A program made the translations under genes and the position numbers. The notes below the pieces were generated by a model. It worked only from the letters and a program-made list of their open reading frames with translations, was not told where the DNA came from and made no database searches. Source: Octopus bimaculoides (taxonomy: Eukaryota). From it: 64,000 bases of DNA. The stretch lies in assembly GCF_001194135.2 (NCBI RefSeq), contig NC_068984.1, positions 92,845,891 to 92,909,890 of the forward strand. Reading direction: 5' to 3'. Of this stretch, positions 49,300-60,849 are shown piece by piece (the first letter of the stretch is position 1; the number at the start of each line of letters is the position of its first letter).

Positions 49300-50650
49300 A
49301 ACACATGGGAAGCATTTTCAGAGCTAGAGCTTATGCAGTGGGATGCAAGGGAATCAAAGCCGCCAGATGGGCCTGATTGGTAGAAAGTCAATGTGGCAAA
49401 CAGAAAGATCTTTGACGAATCAACAAGGTAAGTTAGTAAATGAACCTGAGCAGATGTGCGAGGTCTTTCAAGAGCACTTCACTCAGCTTTTCAGTGGGAG
49501 CAGTGGACTGAAGAGTAGGAGGGACCTTACAGACTTCGTCACCATGCTGCTGTGTTTCTTGGGGCAAGAGGTGGATAGCTGTGAAGGGTCAAAGGCAGAC
49601 TGTGGTGGTAACAAAGCACAGGGACTTGATGGTCTACCCTATGAATTATATAATAGTACGTCAGACTTGTTTGGGAACCTGCTAGCGGGTGTCTTTGCAA
49701 ACTTGCAGCAGAATGTGTTCATTTCCAGATCTGTATGTCTGGGAGTGGTGACACTGGTGAGGAAAGACCAGAACAAGGGGGATTCATTAGATAATTTTCG
49801 GCCCATCACTCTGTTAAATACAGAGTTGAAGATTTTGGCTGAGATTTTAGTGATACAGTTGGTGCATGTTGTGGATGAACTCATTGGGGAAGCACAAACC
49901 TGTGCTATTCCCGGCAGAACCATTCAGGACAGTCTCCACTTTATACGTTATACCTTAGAGGGGATAAATAGTAAACCTGGCTCAGGTGGAGCAGTGGTCC
50001 ATTTAGATCAAGCTAAGGCTTTCGATGAGGTTGACCTTTGATACCTGGTGTCAGTCCTCACGGCGTTTGGCTTGGGTCCAAAATTCCTTAGCTGGATCAT
50101 TGCCATGTATGGCAACATCGACTTGATAGTATGGGTGAATGGTTTCTTTTTGAAGGTGTTCAATATCAAACGATCGGTTTATCAAAGGTAACCTCTCTCC
50201 CCACTCTGGTATGTGTCGATTAAACTTCTAGGTGTCGGGTTCGGTCTGGAATTCCAGATAGAGAAGAACTGGAGTGAGGTACTGAGTAGAGTGACCCATT
50301 TAACTCAGACATGGTCTGGGTAGTGACTATCCCTGAAAGGGAAGGTGGAGGCTACCAGTGTGTTTATTGCATCGGTGATTACCTACCACCTAACCATTGT
50401 GCCATGTCCCGATTCATGGCTGATCAAGTTGGAATGGGTGCTCTTTTGCTTTTTGTAGAAGGGCACAGGACCACTTGTGAGGCACTCTACCTGCTGCCAA
50501 AAACCGTTAAAGGGTGGGCTAGGGATGCCATGGCTGATGATGCGCAGGCATGCACTGAGGCTGAGACATCTGTGGCTCTACCTGGATGGTGATCAGTTGT
50601 GGAGTTCACATGACCCTCAGTGAGCAATAAAAAATTTTGGAATGTGGAGC
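49300..50650 (+). mobile_element. Tx1/L1-clade LINE RT fragment
   Basis: KAQGLDGLPYELY, NFRPITLLNTELKILA, QTCAIPGRTI.D, LDQAKAFDEV, LSWIIAMY; stop after DL. Confidence 0.85.
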
Positions 50651-51443
50651 ACGTTGATCTCGTTTCAGGAGAGGTTGGATTCATCTTTAGTTGATGTATG
50701 TATATTGAGCGTCAACTGGACTGTTATTGGTCTATTTGTGTATATTCTATTCACTTGATGTCCTTTTCTGCATATATTATAGTGTGGACATTCAAAACAA
50801 GCCAGCAATATTACTAATTGTCATTTCCTTGTGGAATAACATTTGTATTGTATAATATTGTATATTTTTTTACCTTATTAAGAGTTATTGTAGCAAATTT
50901 CCAAGTAGCATTTTAACTTTAATCTGTGTGTTCATTTTCTTTAAATCTTGAATGTAACAATATGCACATCTATGTATGTGTACATATATACATGTCACAA
51001 TCATATGGTATCAGGTTCAGTCCCATTCCCTGGCACATTGGTAACATGTCTTCTATTACAGATCTGGAAGAACTAAAGACTGGTAAGTAGACATGGTGAA
51101 TGGAAACTGAAGAAGCCCATTGTACATGTGTGTGTATGTGAATTGCATGTATGTATATGAGTTTATGACTCCTTGCTAGATATTGTTCTCTCTCCTATAT
51201 TATCATCCTTTATTGTCAATCTTCCAGGAAAACATATATGTTAGTTGGAAAATATTAGCTTACTTGGAAACCGGTGAGGGTTGGCAAGACAAAGGTCATC
51301 CAGCATCTGCTCTATGCATATGAATATATATATATGTGTGTGTGTATATGCATATATCTATATATATGTATAAGTGTTTGTGTGTGTATATATATTTATA
51401 TATAGAGAGAGAAAGAGAGAGTAAAGTTTATTTGCCAACGTAA

Positions 51444-51660
51444 AGTGGCAGTCCTGGTTAGGAGAAATGTTGCTGCTGTTTCCCTTCATCAGCATAGAAG
51501 AATTGCTTAACTAGAGATGGCAGCACTTTTCAAAGTGATACACAGTCAGTGACATACTGATCAGTGACTGTGCCACTTTGAAAAGTAATATTTCGAACAA
51601 GAACGAGTGCTGCCATCTCTAGCCAAGCAATTATTCTGTGCTGATGAAGAGAAATAACCC
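51444..51660. mobile_element. Palindromic MITE (foldback)
   Basis: Arms 51479-51527 / 51606-51654 (49 bp, 5 mismatches) plus inner stem tttcaaagtg..cacagtca / tgactgtg.cactttgaaa; GTGGCAGTCC terminus shared with 57159-57495. Confidence 0.75.
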
Positions 51661-52319
51661 AGAAACCATTGGTACACAGATATTGCTTTGAGATGAGTGG
51701 GGACACTAGCTCTCTTGTTTGAAATTACAAGGACGCAGTTAGTGCGTCAATAGCCAGCCGGAGAAGATGTTTTCCTGAGGCTAAATAGCAGCAACATTCA
51801 TCCTAACCATGACTGCCACTTTATGTTGGCAAATAAACTTTACTCTGTCATACTGTTGCTGCATGTTTCTCATTCAGAAATTTAGAACTAATAGTATTTC
51901 TATTTATATATATAAAAGAAAAAAAAAAGAAAATGGATGGGAAGTTAATAATCATCATCCCTTACAGCTGTTTCAATTAATACTCAGTAAATATTAAGTA
52001 AATATTAAATTTATATCACCTGCGCATAATATCTTCAGAGGGAGAAAAATATACCCTTGGATGTTTTATATGTATTTATGGATTCATTATAGCAGACTGA
52101 ATGATACTGTTTATGATTTGTATTGTTATATGCTCGGGTGAGGGGTTTGCAGGTTGACTGGAGATGAGATAGAGTAGGTAAATAGAATTAGAACAATAAA
52201 TGAATAAATTAATAGAGATGATAGAGGAAATTTAAATATACATCAGCTAATGAAACTTCAAATTATTTTGTTTACTTTATAGCGTTTTAAGGAAAGTATA
52301 TTTGTTTTAACAGTTTTGT

Positions 52320-52666
52320 AAACTTTTGGTGTCTGAATGTGCATATGTAAATAACTAACACTTATATACGTGTGTGTACAAGCATACGTAAATTTAATCA
52401 TAATTATTTATGCACACACAAACCTATACATGCACAAACACACACATAGGGTTACATACCTATACCTTGCACAGACACACATATGTGCCTATGCACTCAG
52501 ACACACACATGTACTTATATAGATATATATACACACATATGCAATTACATACATATATACTTATATATACAGATGCACATACATCCATACACATGAATGT
52601 CCACATACATATGCATGCACATATATGCACATACGTATATATCACAGCTTACATATATACAAACAC

Positions 52667-52703
<37 letters not shown>

Positions 52704-53760
52704 TACACATGTTCCCTCATGCACATACATATAAACGCACACATTCACCCACTAAACATACCTATGTGGCCATATGTGCATGCAGACACAGAGGTATATA
52801 AGATATGTAGATAGCTGTGCCTACATATAAGCATGCATATAAACCCATGTACATGTGTGTCTCAGTATACATACACACATACATGCTCATATCTACAGAT
52901 ATATACATACATATATACTCACACATACAAAGATGTTTTTGCACACGCACGCAGGTATACGTGTATACATTCACATGCACTCATATTTGTATACATTTGC
53001 TCATATATACATACATGTACGTACATATAAGCATATATACACATGCATACACACGCGCATGCACACACACACACACACGTGTGTAGTTGGAATTTTCAGA
53101 GTTTCAGAAAAACAAAAGACGAAAACAGGTATATACACAACGTGTATTAGTTTAATGCTCAGGAAGGTGAGAAAGTTTTTTACATTTCGAGCCTATGTTC
53201 TTCACCAGAAAAGAACACGAGGAAATCCAAAAGGTTCAAATGTCATGGTGTTTTGGAGCGATTTTTAATCCAATGAAATCTATATGTGTATCTGTAGTAA
53301 ACAGGATAAAACTGGTATATATGTATACATGTATATACACATGCATACACCCAGATACTTGCATAAACAAACATATATGTATACCTGCACACTCACATGT
53401 ATGTGCTCATGCCCACACATGCATACATGTGCATATATACATATACAGACATATGTTCATACGCGTATACACATAGACATGTATGCATCTACATAGATAT
53501 ACATCTACATACATACATGTTTAAATATGTATCTTTGTATGCTCATAATTAATTGTATGCATACATCTACATAAGTATAAGGGAAAAAAACTTCAACTAA
53601 ATATGTAAGTATTTTATTTTGCTGTATGTAAAAATTATTATAAGGAGGAAGAGAGAATTATTTTAGTGGAAATAAAGTATAACAATGCAAAAGTTGTGCA
53701 TATAAATGAGAAAACACACACACAAACACGCACACACACACACATATACAAAACCATACA
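52320..53760. repeat. Long degenerate CA/TA low-complexity tract
   Basis: Alternating purine-pyrimidine sequence generating spurious HT/YI/CV ORFs. Confidence 0.9.
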
Positions 53761-54102
53761 TATGCATATACTCGTACACTCACATACACGATTATGCATG
53801 TTCAGTTTTGTTTAGGTGTATTTGAAAAAAATATATAAGAGGGGAGAGTATCATGTAAGTTTAAGAATATTTTTGAAGTATACAGATGTTTGTATATAAA
53901 AATTAAATAAACGAATGAGTAAATAGGCACATATTAACTTAAATTGCATATACAAATATATAAACAAGTATAACTAAACAAATGAATAAATAAATAGGCA
54001 CATATTGATTTAAATAGTATAGACACACACATATATATATGTGTGTCCACATACATGCACATATACACACACACATTCACATTCATATATATATATATAT
54101 AT

Positions 54103-55050
54103 CATCATCATCATCATCGTTTAACGTCCGCTTTCCATGCTAGCATGGGTTGGACGATTTGACTGAGGACTGGTGAAACCGGATGGCAACACCAGGCTCC
54201 AATCTAATTTGGCAGAGTTTCTACAGCTGGATGCCCTTCCTAACGCCAATGCCCTTATATATATNNNNNNNNNNNNNNNNNNNNNNNNNNNNNNNNNNNN
54301 NNNNNNNNNNNNNNNNNNNNNNNNNNNNNNNNNNNNNNNNNNNNNNNNNNNNNNNNNNNNNNNNNNNNNNNNNNNNNNNNNNNNNNNNNNNNNNNNNNNN
54401 NNNNNNNNNNNNNNNNNNNNNNNNNNNNNNNNNNNNNNNNNNNNNNNNNNNNNNNNNNNNNNNNNNNNNNNNNNNNNNNNNNNNNNNNNNNNNNNNNNNN
54501 NNNNNNNNNNNNNNNNNNNNNNNNNNNNNNNNNNNNNNNNNNNNNNNNNNNNNNNNNNNNNNNNNNNNNNNNNNNNNNNNNNNNNNNNNNNNNNNNNNNN
54601 NNNNNNNNNNNNNNNNNNNNNNNNNNNNNNNNNNNNNNNNNNNNNNNNNNNNNNNNNNNNNNNNNNNNNNNNNNNNNNNNNNNNNNNNNNNNNNNNNNNN
54701 NNNNNNNNNNNNNNNNNNNNNTGCACCATTTTGAGCGTAGCCGTTGCCAGTACCGCCTGACTGGCTTCCATAGGATTTTCGAGTGAGATCGTTGCCAGTG
54801 CCCCTGGACTGGCCTGTGCGGGTGGCACATAAAAGACACCATTTCAAGCGTGGCCGTTTTCGTGCGGGTGACATGTAAAAGCACCCACTACACTCTCTGA
54901 GTTGTTGGCGTTAGGAAGGGCATCCAGCTATAGAAACTCTGCCAAATTAGATTGGAGCCTGGTGTTGCCATCCGGTTTCACCAGTCCTCAGTCAAATCGT
55001 CCAACCCATGCTAGCATGGAAAGCGGACGTTAAACGATGATGATGATGAT
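54103..55050. repeat. Inverted pair of (CAT)n-tailed RTE-associated repeats flanking a gap
   Basis: 54103-54250 is the reverse complement of ~54905-55050 with one mismatch seen (tctacagc/tctatagc); N gap at 54265-54721 between them. Confidence 0.85.
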
Positions 55051-55595
55051 GCACTCATGCATACATATGTGTATATATACACATGTACATACATACACAT
55101 ACATACATACATATATACATAAATTTGTATATTTATACACACTCACACTCATATATACATATATACATACATATATCTATGTATATGTGTGTGTGTGTGT
55201 GTTCAAAGGGTATTAAAATGTTGTTAAGGATGTGTAAATGTGGTTATTAATGTAAGGCAAGGAAATAAACAATAGTCAAACAGTTATTAATGTTACCAAG
55301 CATGTTCAAATGTTAGTAAAAGGTTACCAAGAAAATGTAAAGGTGGTTGTTTATGTGAGGTAATGGGTGCAATAATAATTTAAATTTTAGATGTAATGGT
55401 TATAGTCATTATTATTAGTAGTAGTATAGTTAAGTAAAAGTTTGGGAGAAAGGGAATTATATTTGTGGAATTAAAGAGAGTCAAGTTGACATCCGCATCT
55501 TATCCAAGCACCGAAAGGAGCCAACACTCAGACAAATACAGGAGTACGTCCTCATAAATGAAACATCCCCAATATTAAATAGGAAATAAACATAG

Positions 55596-56002
55596 GCACA
55601 GGAGTGGCTGTGTGGTAAGTAGCTCACTTACAAACCACATGGTTCCGGGTTCATTCTCACTGTGTGGCACCTTGGGCAAGTGTCTTCTACTATAGCCTCG
55701 GGCCGACCAAAGCCTTGTGAGTGGATTTGGTAGACGGAAACTGAAAGAAGCCCGTCGTATATATGTATATATATATATATGTATGTGTGTGTATATGTTT
55801 GTGTGTCTGTGTTTGTTCTCCCAACATCACTTGACAACCGATGCTGGTGTGTTTATGTCCCCGTAACTTAGCGGTTTGGCAAAAGAGACCGATAGAACAA
55901 GTACTAGGCATCCAAAGAATAAGTCCTGGGGTCGATTTGCTCGACTAAAGGTGGTGCTCCAGCATGGCCGCAGTCAAATGACTGAAACAAGTAAAAGAGT
56001 AA
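55596..56002 (+). mobile_element. SINE family A, full length
   Basis: A-box TGGCTGTGTGG, B-box-like GGTTCATTCTC, microsatellite middle, tail tgactgaaacaagtaaaagagtaa. Confidence 0.9.
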
Positions 56003-56289
56003 NNNNNNNNNNNNNNNNNNNNNNNNNNNNNNNNNNNNNNNNNNNNNNNNNNNNNNNNNNNNNNNNNNNNNNNNNNNNNNNNNNNNNNNNNNNNNNNNNN
56101 NNNNNNNNNNNNNNNNNNNNNNNNNNNNNNNNNNNNNNNNNNNNNNNNNNNNNNNNNNNNNNNNNNNNNNNNNNNNNNNNNNNNNNNNNNNNNNNNNNNN
56201 NNNNNNNNNNNNNNNNNNNNNNNNNNNNNNNNNNNNNNNNNNNNNNNNNNNNNNNNNNNNNNNNNNNNNNNNNNNNNNNNNNNNNNNNN

Positions 56290-57070
56290 NTAGGTACATA
56301 GGTTATATGAACAGACAAGCACACATACACACACATACAAAAAAGAAGACTGAAACACATGACCATATATGCACACACACTTTACTTCACACAAGGACAC
56401 GTATGGAGACACACATCCACACATATGGAGATGCACATCCATACATACAAACACGGTACATAGTTGCAAACACACACACGCATGCATACACTCAGACATG
56501 CACACACAAGGAGACAGAGGTATGCACACATATATACAACTCCCCCTCCACACACACACATACATAAAAACACACAAACACGGACACGCAAACACATGAA
56601 TATGCAGAATATATACATATAAATATACACACACACATACATGCATACACATGCATGCATACATACATACATGCATGCATGTGTAGGCACACACACACAC
56701 ACACTAACCCACACACATGTGCACAATCAAACAAAAAGGAACGCAGTGTGAATAACGGACAGAGTCAAAACTGTTGGAAAGGTTGAAAGACGCAACAAAA
56801 ATTTTAGAAAAATAAAAAAGAAATAAGTGGAAATTTTACCAGTGAGTGTGTTAAATTATAAGGCACCAAAAGAGAATGATTCTCCCCAGACAGAACAGAA
56901 TATATATACATACACACAGACACACACATATATATACATATATATATGTGTATATATATATATGTGTGTGTGTGTATGTGTATATATATATATACATACG
57001 TATGTATATATATATGCATACATGTATATATATATACATACACATATATACATATATATATACATGCACA
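56290..57070. repeat. CA/TA low-complexity tracts
   Basis: Simple-repeat composition. Confidence 0.9.
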
Positions 57071-57158
57071 CATAAATATAATTAGAAATATTGCATTTCT
57101 AAATCTCTCTGAGAGATTTATACAGTAGCACACGATAAAGTGATGGTTTGTTTCCAAC

Positions 57159-57495
57159 TTAATGTGGCATTCCCAGGAAAGGAACAATGCTACTGCTATT
57201 TAGCCCCAAGAAACACCATTTCCAGTTGGCTATGTGACTCAAGCGTACTGTGTCCTTATGTTTTCAAACAGGGGAGATAAGCAACTCCACCCACCAAAAC
57301 CAGCATCCAGAGACTAGTTTTAGTGTCATTGTTCTTCATCAGTCTGGAGTAGCTTGGCTTGCTAGCTGCCGATGCTTATTCACCTTTGAAAACATAAGGA
57401 CACAGTATGCTTGTGTCACATCGCCAACTGGAAACGGTGTTTCCAGGGGCTAAATGGCAGTAGCATTCTTCCCTTTCCTGGGACTGCCACATTAA
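57159..57495. mobile_element. MITE with ~110-bp terminal inverted repeats
   Basis: 57159-57268 (ttaatgtggcattcccaggaaagg...gtgtccttatgttttcaaa) mirrors 57385-57495; both ends TTAA. Confidence 0.85.
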
Positions 57496-57739
57496 NNNNN
57501 NNNNNNNNNNNNNNNNNNNNNNNNNNNNNNNNNNNNNNNNNNNNNNNNNNNNNNNNNNNNNNNNNNNNNNNNNNNNNNNNNNNNNNNNNNNNNNNATATA
57601 TATACATATATACCTATACACACACACACATATATAAGAGGGTATTGTAGTTCACTGGAAACATTGTGTATTGTTAGTGAAATGTAACATGTGTGGAATG
57701 GCACATCTATACAGAGTGGACTATAATAACTGTTATCAA

Positions 57740-58520
57740 TAGTTTAATTATTCATAGTCTAATATAATATTTCGGAATATAAAAATTCCTTTTTCAGATA
57801 TTGCTAGGAAGTAATGAAATTACTGGTATAGTCAGTTTTCCAACGGCTATTGAAATTTGTCAGAAGTGTCCCTCACGAAGCTCTTTCCAGAATTCCTCGT
57901 GAGAAGTGCATGAGGGCAGTTAAGTCTCGAGCACGTGTGTGTTGGTATATCCGTAGTGTTGCTTCCAAGTTATCTATTATATGTGCATTTTTTTGAATAA
58001 TGTTTTGTTATATGAATATGTTACCATCGTGCATGCGGGGTGTCGATGTTGTTAAATAATATAGTGAGTGTTAATTTCCAACCTGTTGTTAATTTGGAGC
58101 CCTAGTCTGTTTATGAGGAAGGCCTTCTTAATTCTTAAATTTCCTAAACTCCAGTCATTGGCCTCAATTGTGACTGTTATGTTTTTGTCAGTGTTCTGGC
58201 ATCTGTCTAGATGTTTTCTGAAGGAGAAGGCTCGTGTGTTTAGACGTTCTTTGATGCGAATGTGTAATGGTCTTGTTGTGTTACCCACATAGAAATCGTT
58301 GCATTTGTTACTTCGATTCGATATATGACATTTAACCGTTGACATAAATGTGTATCATGGTGCATTGATTGCTGTCTCTTGCTCGTTTCTTTGCTAGCTG
58401 TCTTCTGAGAGAAAGGGGGCCGGAGTGGGCTAGTTGTATGTCTAATCTTTCTCTTCTTATGGCACTTTGGATAGCTGTTGTTATCCTCTCGCTAAAATGG
58501 GGTATTTTAAGAAAGCATGT
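57740..58520 (-). mobile_element. Penelope-like GIY-YIG 3' fragment with pLTR
   Basis: CNDFYVGNTTRPLHIRIKER...RKHL...LRIKKAFLI...INNR; hammerhead-like motif at 57761-57802. Confidence 0.8.
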
Positions 58521-58583
58521 GTTGCTGGGTTTTCTGTGTATATATCTATACATATATATATATATATATACATACTCATACAG

Positions 58584-58615
<32 letters not shown>

Positions 58616-58640
58616 CTATATACATACTCATACAGATATA

Positions 58641-58678
<38 letters not shown>

Positions 58679-59008
58679 NNNNNNNNNNNNNNNNNNNNNN
58701 NNNNNNNNNNNNNNNNNNNNNNNNNNNNNNNNNNNNNNNNNNNNNNNNNNNNNNNNNNNNNNNNNNNNNNNNNNNNNNNNNNNNNNNNNNNNNNNNNNNN
58801 NNNNNNNNNNNNNNNNNNNNNNNNNNNNNNNNNNNNNNNNNNNNNNNNNNNNNNNNNNNNNNNNNNNNNNNNNNNNNNNNNNNNNNNNNNNNNNNNNNNN
58901 NNNNNNNNNNNNNNNNNNNNNNNNATTAGGGATAAAAATTCAAATTTACAGGTAAAAACTCAATTAAACCTTGGTTCTTTTCCCTAAAACTATATATATA
59001 TATATATA

Positions 59009-59719
59009 TCTTAATATATAAAGCTGAAGTTGTGTGTCTGTGTGAAGCCTTTTTAAAAGTGTATAGAAATCCACATCTTCCACTTTTTTGTAAAAATTTT
59101 TGCATCAATGGAATTTTCTCGATGTGAACTTTCCAGTGCAGTAATTAGATTTTTAAAATTCCGTTTACTTTGTGTGATTTAAGGGAGATTTGGCTGTTGT
59201 TTCTAGCAACTTTTATATTTCTTCCCTTCTACCTGGAACGGCGTTCTTACACACACGCTCAACATATAATATAAAGAGTAAGAGTAAAAGAGGGAGAGAG
59301 AGAGAGAGAGATAGAAAGTGATATATACAAAGTCATAGATTAAACTTTCCTCTCAGTATTCGTTACCTATTTTTCATAACATAGATACGTAAAAACATAC
59401 ACAACCACACATACGTGATTCGTGACAACAACATACACATAAACACATACACAATTCAACATTACAGATATAAGATTTAGTTTCTGTGTTTCTTATATAA
59501 ACACGTGCACGCATTGCTATTTTATAACTGTCTTCCATTCTCTCTTTCTCTCTCTTCATTGCTACCATCTCTATTCCTTTCTCCCCTCTCTCTCCCTCTT
59601 CCTCTCTCTCCCTCTTCCTCTCTCACAAAACATTCACTACAATATAACTCATTTTCATCAATGTTTGGTAAATATACCACGATTTTCACTAGGGTGTTAG
59701 TGTTAGGGTTTATGTATCA

Positions 59720-59804
<85 letters not shown>

Positions 59805-60250
59805 TCTTTTACTCTTACTCTCTATATTATATGTTGAGTGCGTAATTACTGCTCTGGAAAGTTCACATCGAAAAAATTCCATTGATGTAAAAATTTTAAA
59901 ATTCCATTTACTTTGTGTGATTTAAGGGAGATTTGGCTGTTGTTTCTAGCAACTTTTATATTTCTTCCCTTCTACCGGTACACACAATCATTGACTACAA
60001 TATAACTCATGTTTGGTAAATATACCGCGATTTTCACTAGGGTGTTAGGGTCAGGGTTAGGATTTTAGGGTTAGGGTTAGGGTTTAGGGTTAAGATTAGG
60101 GTTAGTGTTACAGTTATGCTTTTAGGGTTAGGGTTAGGGTTAGGGTTTAGGGTTAGTGTTAAGGTTAGGTTTCGGCTTGGATAATCGTGCGGGTGTTAAT
60201 CTGAAAAATTACAGAAATGTGAAAATTACCGACCCTGCCATCTATTATAA
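59009..60250. mobile_element. Rearranged non-autonomous element (Helitron-like start) with (CT)n and degenerate TTAGGG arrays
   Basis: Start A|TCTTAATATATAAAGCTGAAG; inverted copy 59092-59146/59844-59897; direct copy 59149-59233/59893-59976; (CT)n 59722-59798; TTAGGG-like 60040-60170. Confidence 0.45.
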
Positions 60251-60772
60251 CTTTTGTTGTTCTGTTTAATATATACATAGATTATGCCTCCAAAGAAGAG
60301 AGTTTGCTGGGGAAAGAAAGCAACCGGTTTAAAATGACAGCAACAGACTGCAACAATTCACTACATTCCAGAAGCTACTTTGAACATAATGCAAATTGGT
60401 GCATCAACATCTTCTGCCTAATCTGATAGAATTCTGGCAAAACTGTGTAGCAACAGATTGCCAGCAATTGCTTCATCAGAAATTGCCGTCTTACCTCCTG
60501 CTAAAAGGGATTACCCTGCAATATATAATCAGGGCAGCGCAAAAAGTTGTTCTGCACAAGCGTTTCTATAGCCAATTAGATGGATGAAATTTTCGTACAC
60601 TTAATAATGTTACACCTTCAGACTTTCCCTATTAATTTCATCGTCTTTTGAATTATGAACATATTTACATCATAAGGGTTTTTTCGTTTAAGGTTTTCTT
60701 TTTCAGTTGATTGCAAGACTTATCGTAGATGGCGTAATAAGTCACACCTGGACAAGGTTGGGTTATACTGCT

Positions 60773-60818
<46 letters not shown>

Positions 60819-60849
60819 GTATACCTAAACTCAGTAGGAAGGATTATAT

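Larger units (their letters stand above)
20811..58924. other. Twelve assembly gaps (N runs)
   Basis: Gaps begin at about 20811, 22794, 28051, 33923, 34937, 37743, 44333, 48899, 54265, 56003, 57496 and 58679; most abut microsatellites or repeats. X-rich ORFs in the track are artefacts. Confidence 0.98.

Noticed and set aside
52410-57187. Many CV/YI/HT-rich and X-rich ORFs
   Set aside because: Translations of microsatellites and N gaps.
60040-60170. True telomere
   Set aside because: Short, degenerate and internal to a repeat, with PLE sequence beyond it.
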